Shown here piece after piece: positions 55,245-63,230 of a stretch of 64,000 nucleotides of DNA. The notes under the pieces were generated by a model, which was given only the letters and a program-made list of their open reading frames with translations, searched no databases and had not been told where the DNA came from. The translations under genes were made by a program, and so were the position numbers. This DNA is from an uncultured Candidatus Saccharibacteria bacterium. GTDB lineage: Bacteria > Patescibacteriota > JABMPQ01 > JAQVVF01. The number at the start of each line of letters is the position of its first letter. The first letter of the stretch is position 1. The DNA lies in the NCBI GenBank assembly GCA_964574655.1, contig CAZNOH010000002.1, positions 108,596-172,595 of the forward strand. The letters are read 5' to 3'.

Positions 55245-57080
55245 ATGCAAGATAAAGACTTACCAATCGGTAAAAAAAATATTGAAAATATAAGTCAAGC
55301 CGAGCAAGAAGAGATTCTTAAGGCTGAAGAAATTTACAGAAAGGGTCTGGTTTCGATTCGCGATATTATTGCGCCAAGTGCTTTGCAAGTCAATCCAAAT
55401 TATCTTAAATTAGGTGATAAGTTCGTCAGAACTATATTCATTTTTACTTATCCTCGTTTTGTCAATACTGGCTGGTTTGCTCCAGTCATTAATATGAATA
55501 TTGAAGCTGATATGGCAATGTATATTTCACCTGTTGAATCAGAAAAAATATTAAAAACATTAAAAAATAAAGTAGGACAAATTCAGTCAACTATTGCCGG
55601 AAAACAGGAAAAAGGTGATGTCCGAGATCCAATGCTAGAAACAGCATTAAATGATGTTGAAGAACTTCGTGATCGTTTAATTCAGGGCACAGAAAGATTT
55701 TTCCATTTTGCATTATATATCACTCTTTATGAGAATTCTGAAAAAAAACTAGATAAAACCACCAAAGAAATAGAGGATCTATTAGGTCAAAGACTGATCT
55801 ATTCAAAGCGAGCATTTTTTCAAGCTGAACAAGGATTTAATACCACAACGCCATTAGGTCTTGACGAGCTTGGCGTTCTTAACAATTTTAATACTTCACC
55901 TTTATCAACTAGTTTTCCATTTGTTTCTTCGGAATTGACTTCTGATGAAGGCATTCTTTATGGAATCAACCGCCACAATAATAGCTTGATTTTATTTGAT
56001 CGTTTCTCCTTGCCAAATGCCAATTCAGTAGTATTCGCCACATCTGGTGCTGGTAAAAGTTACGCCGTTAAATTAGAAATATTAAGGTCTTTAATGTTTG
56101 GTACAGAAGTTATAGTCATTGATCCAGAAAATGAATATAAATATTTATGTGAATCAGTCGGCGGAACATTTTTGAAAATGTCTCTAGAGTCAGAATACAG
56201 ATTGAATCCTTTTGATCTGCCATCTGCAATTTCTGGAATGAAAACCAAAGATATTATTCGGTCAGCAGTTATTAATATAAAAGGTTTGCTTAGAATTATG
56301 CTTGGTCGTTTGACAAAAGAAGAAGATGCTTTGCTTGATAGCGCAATTATTCAAACTTACGCCAAAAAAGATATAACTCCAGATTCTGATTTATCAAAAA
56401 TAGAAGTTCCAACAATGAAAGATTTGCAAGAAATTCTTGAAGGCATGCAAGGAGCAGAAGACATTGTTCCAAGAATAAAAAAATATACAGAAGGAACTTT
56501 TGCCGGTCTTTTGAATCAGGCAACCAATGTCCAAATTGACAATCCATTTGTTGTTTTTAGCATTAGAGATTTAGAGGACGAGTTACGTCCAATTGCCATG
56601 TATGTTATTTTAAATCACATCTGGAATATCGTCAGAGCTCAAATGAAAAAAAGAATTCTAGTTGTCGATGAAGCATGGTGGATGATGCAATATGAAGAAT
56701 CAGCCAGATTTATGTATGGCATTGCCAAAAGAGGAAGAAAATATTATCTAGGCACAACAACAATTTCTCAAGATGTTAATGATTTCTTAACATCAGATTA
56801 TGGAAAAGCAATCGTAACAAATTCCGCATTGCAATTGTTATTAAAGCAGTCTCCAGCCTCTATTGATTTATTAAAAAAAACTTTTTATTTAACTGAAGAA
56901 GAAAAATATTTATTATTAGAATCAGATGTTGGTGAAGGAATTTTCTTTGCAGGTTCAAAACATGTTGCAATAAAAATAGTTGCCTCATATTCTGAAGATC
57001 AGATTATTACAACAGATCCAAAACAATTACTAGAGCTAGAACAGGCTAAGAAAAATTACGAAGAAGAGCAAAACGCATAA
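55245..57080 (+). CDS. VirB4/TrbE-family T4SS ATPase, central and C-terminal ATPase part (split gene, part 2)
   Basis: IIAPSALQVNPNYLKLGDKFVRTIFIFTYPRFV, Walker A FATSGAGKSYAV, Walker B ILVVDEAWWMM. Confidence 0.65.
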   Translation: MQDKDLPIGKKNIENISQAEQEEILKAEEIYRKGLVSIRDIIAPSALQVNPNYLKLGDKFVRTIFIFTYPRFVNTGWFAPVINMNIEADMAMYISPVESEKILKTLKNKVGQIQSTIAGKQEKGDVRDPMLETALNDVEELRDRLIQGTERFFHFALYITLYENSEKKLDKTTKEIEDLLGQRLIYSKRAFFQAEQGFNTTTPLGLDELGVLNNFNTSPLSTSFPFVSSELTSDEGILYGINRHNNSLILFDRFSLPNANSVVFATSGAGKSYAVKLEILRSLMFGTEVIVIDPENEYKYLCESVGGTFLKMSLESEYRLNPFDLPSAISGMKTKDIIRSAVINIKGLLRIMLGRLTKEEDALLDSAIIQTYAKKDITPDSDLSKIEVPTMKDLQEILEGMQGAEDIVPRIKKYTEGTFAGLLNQATNVQIDNPFVVFSIRDLEDELRPIAMYVILNHIWNIVRAQMKKRILVVDEAWWMMQYEESARFMYGIAKRGRKYYLGTTTISQDVNDFLTSDYGKAIVTNSALQLLLKQSPASIDLLKKTFYLTEEEKYLLLESDVGEGIFFAGSKHVAIKIVASYSEDQIITTDPKQLLELEQAKKNYEEEQNA

Positions 57081-57217
57081 TGAATTTACAATCTTCAATA
57101 ATCAATTTTCAATAAATTTCCAATTTACAATTTCCAAATCGCGAAAGTTTTTGAAAAATTGATCATTGATAATTTATTGAAAATTGGTAATTGAAAATTA
57201 GAAATTAATTTATAACT
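57081..57217. repeat. intergenic palindromic element, caattt/aaattg subfamily (sister of 491-593)
   Basis: caattttcaataaatttccaatttacaatttccaaatcgcgaaagtttttgaaaaattgatcattgataatttattgaaaattggtaattgaaaattag. Confidence 0.8.
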
Positions 57218-57886
57218 ATGTTCAAAAAATCTTATGTTGTCATTTTAATCGCATTTTTAGCGTTAACAACAACTGCCTTTGGCTGTAAAAAAGCAACGCC
57301 TCCAGCTAATAGTCAGACAGCTAATCAAAATACAAATGTTGTTGCCAACAACACAGCTACGACTGGAAATGAAAACGAATTTCCAATTGTCAATGCCAAT
57401 GAGGTAGCAAATGCAAACATAAATGCCGAGCTAAACATTAATACGCCAGAAAATACTGGCAGTGAAAATATAAATGCAATCGAAAATCAAGGCGAAATAA
57501 AAGTAGAAGAAGATCAAGAAAAAACAGTTTTAGCTCTTGCTTCAAAAATTGCTGAAATCTATGGCACTTTTACCAATAAAGACAAAGAAGCCTACAAGAA
57601 TTTAAAAACAATCAAAACATATTCTACTGACAAAATGAAAAGCTGGATTGATGATCAAGTTGCCAAGCCCATAGATCCAAAAGCCGCTTTCTACGGCGCA
57701 ACAACAAAAACAATCAGCACTGGAATCTCAGATACAAAAGATAAAGAAATGACAGCAATCGTAACCTGCAAAAGAGAAGAAATTACTGCTCAAAACAATA
57801 AGCCAACAGTAAAATATCAAATCTTAAAACTTGAATTTTCTAAAGTCGGAGAAGAATGGAAAGTAAACGGCGCCTATTGGTTATAA
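57218..57886 (+). CDS. lipoprotein (lipobox TTAFG-C) in the T4SS-like cluster
   Basis: MFKKSYVVILIAFLALTTTAFGCKK, an Asn/Ala-rich linker, then a globular domain. Confidence 0.55.
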   Translation: MFKKSYVVILIAFLALTTTAFGCKKATPPANSQTANQNTNVVANNTATTGNENEFPIVNANEVANANINAELNINTPENTGSENINAIENQGEIKVEEDQEKTVLALASKIAEIYGTFTNKDKEAYKNLKTIKTYSTDKMKSWIDDQVAKPIDPKAAFYGATTKTISTGISDTKDKEMTAIVTCKREEITAQNNKPTVKYQILKLEFSKVGEEWKVNGAYWL

Positions 57887-58020
57887 AAATAATAATACGA
57901 ATGCGGATACGAATAATGCAAATGTTGCGAATTGCGAATCGTCGTATTCGTAATTCGTATCATTCGCATCATTCGCATTATTCGTACGTTTATTCGTATT
58001 ATGTATAGACGATTTATAAA
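57887..58020. repeat. intergenic palindromic element, tacgaat/attcgta subfamily (centre gcgaattgcgaatcgtcgtattcg)
   Basis: taatacgaatgcggatacgaataatgcaaatgttgcgaattgcgaatcgtcgtattcgtaattcgtatcattcgcatcattcgcattattcgtacgtttattcgtattat. Confidence 0.8.
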
Positions 58021-58046
58021 AAACAGACATATTTTACAAGGAAAGC

Positions 58047-58697
58047 ATGAAAAATATATCTAGCAATATTAACAGAGAACTATTTTATTATGAAAAACTA
58101 AAGGAGATTAAACACAAAAAAAAATCATCCCCTGATTTTGGGAATTACAAAAACTCTTTTTCAACTAATTATGGAGCGCATCTCATTAATCAAAAAAACA
58201 TTATTAAATTTGATGGCGCTGAAGCAGTTGAGGATTATGAGCAAGATGTAGAATCAATGCCCAATACTGTTGCCAGAGGTCAAGAAGGTGGTAATTATGA
58301 GCAATTCAATCGGCTGAAGAACGAAGCAATGAAAAGAGCAAAAAAAAGCAAAGGCGCAACTGAAAAAGCCACGAAAGTTGCCAAAGCTGCAAAACAGCTT
58401 AAGAGCATGAAAAATATAAAAAATTTATATAATTTAGTAAAAATTGCCTTTACCGTTGATCTTGTAACAGTTGTAGTCACATTAGTAATTATGTTCATTC
58501 AATTCTTCGGTGGAAATGTTTTTAAATCAAAATACATTCCTCCGCTTGGTAAAATAGAATTGCTTCTCTTTATTCCAATTCTACTCTCTGCTTCAGCCTC
58601 TACGCTTGTTTTTGTACTACCGACGATTATAGGCACAGGATTGCTTGGCAGTGCCTATGCAGGCCTTGCAAATTTAATTGGTAATGTTGGTATATAA
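58047..58697 (+). CDS. hypothetical protein with C-terminal TM helices (T4SS-like cluster)
   Basis: Lys-rich middle. C-terminal hydrophobic segments VTVVVTLVIMFIQFF and LLLFIPILLSASASTLVFVLPTIIGTGLLG. Confidence 0.5.
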   Translation: MKNISSNINRELFYYEKLKEIKHKKKSSPDFGNYKNSFSTNYGAHLINQKNIIKFDGAEAVEDYEQDVESMPNTVARGQEGGNYEQFNRLKNEAMKRAKKSKGATEKATKVAKAAKQLKSMKNIKNLYNLVKIAFTVDLVTVVVTLVIMFIQFFGGNVFKSKYIPPLGKIELLLFIPILLSASASTLVFVLPTIIGTGLLGSAYAGLANLIGNVGI

Positions 58698-58700
58698 AAT

Positions 58701-60185
58701 ATGAACAAAAACAAAATAATCATTTTTCTAGGTCTATTATTGTTATTAATAGGCTTCAACCAATCCTTCGCGCAAGAAGAAGGCGAGTTTGTGGTGCCTG
58801 ATGAGTTCAAAAAGATTATCAATATTGATCCAAACAACATAACTGGCAAGGATATCATAAGCATCATGCCCTTGAGTGTTACGCTAGACTATTCACCACA
58901 GCCAGTTTCTGCAACTAGCCCAGTTAAAGTAACAGCCCAAGTAATTAGTAGCACTAAATCAGATGGTGTTAGTTTTCGTTGGTTTTTGGATGGTCAAGAA
59001 AAAAAAGCTAGCAATTCTGTTTTTCAGTTTAATATGAACGAGGGGTTAGTGAATCAAGACTTGCGTTGTGGCGATTATCGGGAAGTGAAAGTTGAAGCAA
59101 TAAATTCTAATACCAAAGAAAAAGCTATTTCTATTTTAAAAATTCCAATTGGATTAAATCTATCATTTAACAAGAGATCTATTGGCGTTGCTGACCAAAA
59201 CAATCCAAATACCATAAATTTTAATTTATACAAAGCTGATATATCAACTGACAGTATTGCTTTGCAAGTTCCTGATATTTTTCTAAAACCAACGTCTACT
59301 CAAAATCAATTTCGTTTCAGTGACATTGTGCAAGTTGAAGCCATTGATTTGAGAAATACATACAATAATCAGGCTTGCGGTTCAACATCAAGTTATACTA
59401 ATTTAGATAGCTATTTAAATAGTCTTACTTATCAATGGTCTTATAATGGAACTTCACAGCAAGGAAAAAGTGGAAAAGGCGAAAATTTTAAGAAAGCTTC
59501 ATTCGTTATTAGCACTTTGCCATCGCAATTAATTCAAAATGACTTAGCATCCTGCGGTGCTTCAGAATCTCAGAATATTAATATCGTTGGTCTGACAATT
59601 ACTGATTCTTATGGCAAGGTATTGGCCCAAAAAGAAGAATCTCTAGATGTTATTGCTCCTCAAATCAATGTCAAGCCTATTTGTGGCGCATTTGGAAAGA
59701 ATATTCAATGCGTTAATATCAATTCCACAAACCTAAAATCATCTTACGGTGTTTCCCAAAGTTATCAGCTCAATCCAAATCAAGAAATCAATTTGCAAGC
59801 AAGTTTAGGTAGCTTTCAACCTTCTCAAAAATTAGATATAACATGGAAGGTTAATAACCAAGAGATTGATAATAAAATAGTTGAAGATCCCAATACGCCA
59901 TATTTTACTTCACCAAGCATCAAGATGGGAAGTCAAATTCAAATTGTTGAAGTAAGCGTTATAAATAGTGTTTATAACTCTAATCAAACAGAAAATGCTT
60001 CCCAAAAAATTGTCTTAACGCCAAGCCAAGAAAGAGCGCAGGTATCTACAGCTGGAACACTTGGGTCACTGCAAAAATTCTTGCCGAAAAACTTTAAAAG
60101 TTTATATAATTATATTGCAGTTGCCGGTTTGTTAGGAATAATTATTTTATTAATAACCATAAAAGAAAAGAAAAAAAATGGATAG
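58701..60185 (+). CDS. secreted protein with a C-terminal TM anchor (T4SS-like cluster)
   Basis: Signal peptide MNKNKIIIFLGLLLLLIGFNQSFA and C-terminal IAVAGLLGIIILLITI. Confidence 0.5.
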   Translation: MNKNKIIIFLGLLLLLIGFNQSFAQEEGEFVVPDEFKKIINIDPNNITGKDIISIMPLSVTLDYSPQPVSATSPVKVTAQVISSTKSDGVSFRWFLDGQEKKASNSVFQFNMNEGLVNQDLRCGDYREVKVEAINSNTKEKAISILKIPIGLNLSFNKRSIGVADQNNPNTINFNLYKADISTDSIALQVPDIFLKPTSTQNQFRFSDIVQVEAIDLRNTYNNQACGSTSSYTNLDSYLNSLTYQWSYNGTSQQGKSGKGENFKKASFVISTLPSQLIQNDLASCGASESQNINIVGLTITDSYGKVLAQKEESLDVIAPQINVKPICGAFGKNIQCVNINSTNLKSSYGVSQSYQLNPNQEINLQASLGSFQPSQKLDITWKVNNQEIDNKIVEDPNTPYFTSPSIKMGSQIQIVEVSVINSVYNSNQTENASQKIVLTPSQERAQVSTAGTLGSLQKFLPKNFKSLYNYIAVAGLLGIIILLITIKEKKKNG

Positions 60186-61419
60186 AAAAAGAATTTTAAT
60201 TATTATCGGAATAATTGCATTGATTATTGCTTTCGCAGTAACAATTTATTTTGTAATTTTTCGTCAACAAAAAAAAGTAGCTTCAGATCTTCCGCCTTTG
60301 ACAACAGAAGAGCAACAAAGATTAAAATTAACAACTGAAGAAAGGCAAGCAGGCATCACTGAAGATAAAAAAATTCAGCAATATGTCGCTGAAAAAAGGC
60401 AGGAAATTGCCGTACAAAAAGCAGTAACTGATACAAACAAGTACAAAGTCATTCCAGTCTTAAACCAAAAAACAATCAGTCCAACATTATCAGCTGATTT
60501 CAGCAAGCTTATTTTTTATAGTCCAGAAAATAAAGATTTTTATGTCGCAAATTTAGACGGCAGCCAGCCGTCTCCAATTACATCAAGCGGAATTGACAAA
60601 GTCTATGATATATCATGGTCCAAGAAAAAAGATCGCGCAGTAATGACATTGTCTGACAATCAGGGTTTGACTAGAAATTATTTAATCTTTGACATTAATA
60701 ATCAAAAACAAACAACAGTTGATTCCAGTATCAAATCTCCGACATTGTCGCCTGATGGTGAAAAAATCGCTTATTTATTCTTAGATAAAGCATCCGGCAC
60801 CTCAAATATTTCTGTCTCAAACCTTGACGGTTCTAACTGGAACAGCGTTTCTCCTTTTGAAGGCGAATTTCCAATTATCAATTGGAATTTAGAATCAAAA
60901 TTAATTTATTATAGTAAGCCTGATACTCAAAATAATGCCATTGCCTTTGCCGCCAATATTATTGGCAAGAGCTTCAATCAGTTAGTTAGCAATTATGGTC
61001 TTAATGTCAATGTATCAAATGATGGTAATAAAATTGTTTATTCTGGTCAAAATGTTGCAAGTGCGACAACAACGAATTTGCAATTTTATGATATGCAGGC
61101 TAGCAAAAATATTGATTTAGGCGTTCAAACTTTTGCTGATAAGTGTACTTGGTTGCCAGATAACAAAAATTTAATTTGCGCTATCCCAGAAAATTTAAGC
61201 AAATGTATGATTATGCCAGATGCCTATAATAATTATAATTTTATTTCCAAAGATTCTTTCTATATAGTTGATACTCAAAATAATAAGACCACAAAATTAG
61301 CAAGTACTAGTCAATTCTCGCAAGACTATGATGTCTACAAGCCTTTTATGCTTGGCGAAAAAATAATGTATTTCACAAGACGGCAGGATGGATTATTGTA
61401 TGCGTTTGTAATACCATGA
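60178..61419 (+). CDS. N-terminally anchored protein with a TolB/PD40-like beta-propeller-type periplasmic domain
   Basis: TM at residues 6-27. Repeated segments such as LSPDGEKIAYLF, NLDGSNWNSVSP and VSNDGNKIVYSG resemble PD40 blades. Confidence 0.45.
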   Translation: MDRKRILIIIGIIALIIAFAVTIYFVIFRQQKKVASDLPPLTTEEQQRLKLTTEERQAGITEDKKIQQYVAEKRQEIAVQKAVTDTNKYKVIPVLNQKTISPTLSADFSKLIFYSPENKDFYVANLDGSQPSPITSSGIDKVYDISWSKKKDRAVMTLSDNQGLTRNYLIFDINNQKQTTVDSSIKSPTLSPDGEKIAYLFLDKASGTSNISVSNLDGSNWNSVSPFEGEFPIINWNLESKLIYYSKPDTQNNAIAFAANIIGKSFNQLVSNYGLNVNVSNDGNKIVYSGQNVASATTTNLQFYDMQASKNIDLGVQTFADKCTWLPDNKNLICAIPENLSKCMIMPDAYNNYNFISKDSFYIVDTQNNKTTKLASTSQFSQDYDVYKPFMLGEKIMYFTRRQDGLLYAFVIP

Positions 61420-61558
61420 AGTTAAAACACAAAATCCTAAATTCTAAATACTAAACAAATTCAAATTAAAAAAATAAAAATCCAAAAGTTGTTTTATATT
61501 TTGAGTTTTGGACATTTAGATTTGTTTAGGATTTAGAATTTAGTGCTTAGGATTTTTT
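61420..61558. repeat. intergenic palindromic element, ctaaat/atttag subfamily
   Basis: aaatcctaaattctaaatactaaacaaattcaaattaaaaaaataaaaatccaaaagttgttttatattttgagttttggacatttagatttgtttaggatttagaatttagtgcttaggatt. Confidence 0.75.
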
Positions 61559-63208
61559 TTGGATATGATCACAAAGCTCAAAAAATTAATTTATACATTA
61601 ATAATATTTCTATATATTCTTCTTTTTGTATCTCCTTTTCTTTCTGCCCAAGCTGCTTGTCCACAAGGAAAAGTAGTATTAGTCGGAGATTCGGTTACAA
61701 ATGCTTATGGACCTGTCTTTAAGTCGCAATGTCCTGATGCTCAAGTTGATATTTATGCAACTGATGGTCAATCAACAAGCAGTATGCGATCATCATTTGA
61801 TAGCAACATATTGAATAAGGGTTACAGCCAAGTAATCATACTGGGTGGTGTAAACAATATCGGAAATGTCAGTGCAGTTGAAAATGATCTTCAATATATG
61901 TACAGCAAAGCAAAACAATCTGGTATTGCTGTTACAGCTGTAACAATCACTCCGTGGAAAGGTTATAGCACTTGGAGCGACGACAAACAAAGAAATACCG
62001 AGAATATTAATAATTGGATTTTAGGGTCGGCTAAGGATGTTGATAATAGAGTTAATGCTTATCAATCATTAGTAGATCCTAATAATCCTGGTGCTTTACG
62101 ACCAGAATATACTACAGATAAGCTACATCCAAATACTTCAGCTGGAAAACAAGCTCTATCTTCAACAATCTCTGGTTCATCTTTTTCAGCTCCAACCGGT
62201 CAGACTCAATCACCAATTCCTGGCACTGATGGTACAGCGCCAATTACAGCAACAGATACAACAGCCGCGCCGCCTACCTATGAACGGACATCAACATTGA
62301 TTTCTGGTAATAGCGCTTGCGAAATCTGGAAGAACGCATTTAATCTAGGCATCTCATTCATCGGCGTTATTGCATTAGCTGGAGTAATTTGGGGCGGATT
62401 TGGTTATATTACTTCTTATGGCAATCAGGAAAAAGTAACTTCTGCAAAAGAAACAATTTGGGGATCAGTTACTGGATTATTTATTGGACTTTTTGCTTAT
62501 GTCTTATTCTCAATGATTAATCCTTATGTTTTACAATGTAAAATAGAAGCGCCGTTTAAATTGAGTAAAAACGGGTCTGGGACTAATAATCCTTCTGGAA
62601 ATAATGGAACAGATACGGGACCTGGCGCAACGCCCACGACAGGAGAAATAAAAGATTGTGAAAATGCTTTTGTTGTAAAATTGCCTTATGACACTGTAAT
62701 AAAGCAAGCTGCAGAAGCAAACAGAATTGATCCGCATTTTTTGAAAGCTATAATAAGAATAGAATCAGGCTTTGGCGCAAACATTGGTCCTTCTAGTGCT
62801 GGAGCTTATGGTATTTCTCAATTTATGCCAGGCACTTTTGCTGGCATGGCACCTTCTGGAGTTCCTGACTCTTGCAAAAAAAAATCTGGCCAAAGTACAG
62901 CTATCGGTGGCTATTGCGTAAATGAAAAAGGTAGAAATCCAGCTTGTTGCCAAGCAAGTCCAAAAAGCTGTCAGCAGGAATATGCACCGGATTGTATGGC
63001 TTGGATAAAAAATCATCCTAACGAAATGATATATGTATCAGCAAAATTACTAGCTATAAACAAAAGGAATTCAAATGGTAGCTATTTTGATGCTGCTGCA
63101 AAATATAATGGCGGTGCTGGTTATTATCGGCAAGCTGGTCCGCAAGGCTATGCCCGAAGTGCTGCCAATTACGATGCTACGTATTGCAAGCAATCAGGCG
63201 GACAGTAA
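61559..63208 (+). CDS. composite protein: SGNH/GDSL-like hydrolase, internal pilin-type two-helix membrane module, and a C-terminal lytic-transglycosylase (SLT, VirB1-like) domain
   Basis: GDSVTNAYG (GDS(L) motif). The internal module is VIWGGFGYITSYGNQEKVTSAKETIWGSVTGLFIG. The SLT signature is IIRIESGFGANIGPSSAGAYGISQFMPGTF. Confidence 0.6.
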   Translation: MDMITKLKKLIYTLIIFLYILLFVSPFLSAQAACPQGKVVLVGDSVTNAYGPVFKSQCPDAQVDIYATDGQSTSSMRSSFDSNILNKGYSQVIILGGVNNIGNVSAVENDLQYMYSKAKQSGIAVTAVTITPWKGYSTWSDDKQRNTENINNWILGSAKDVDNRVNAYQSLVDPNNPGALRPEYTTDKLHPNTSAGKQALSSTISGSSFSAPTGQTQSPIPGTDGTAPITATDTTAAPPTYERTSTLISGNSACEIWKNAFNLGISFIGVIALAGVIWGGFGYITSYGNQEKVTSAKETIWGSVTGLFIGLFAYVLFSMINPYVLQCKIEAPFKLSKNGSGTNNPSGNNGTDTGPGATPTTGEIKDCENAFVVKLPYDTVIKQAAEANRIDPHFLKAIIRIESGFGANIGPSSAGAYGISQFMPGTFAGMAPSGVPDSCKKKSGQSTAIGGYCVNEKGRNPACCQASPKSCQQEYAPDCMAWIKNHPNEMIYVSAKLLAINKRNSNGSYFDAAAKYNGGAGYYRQAGPQGYARSAANYDATYCKQSGGQ

Positions 63209-63230
63209 ACACGTTTTTTAATCAAAAAAT

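Noticed and set aside
469-61558. CRISPR array.
   Set aside because: The repeats are inverted, not direct. Each locus has one palindrome rather than a repeat-spacer-repeat series. The arms differ between loci. No cas genes are present.
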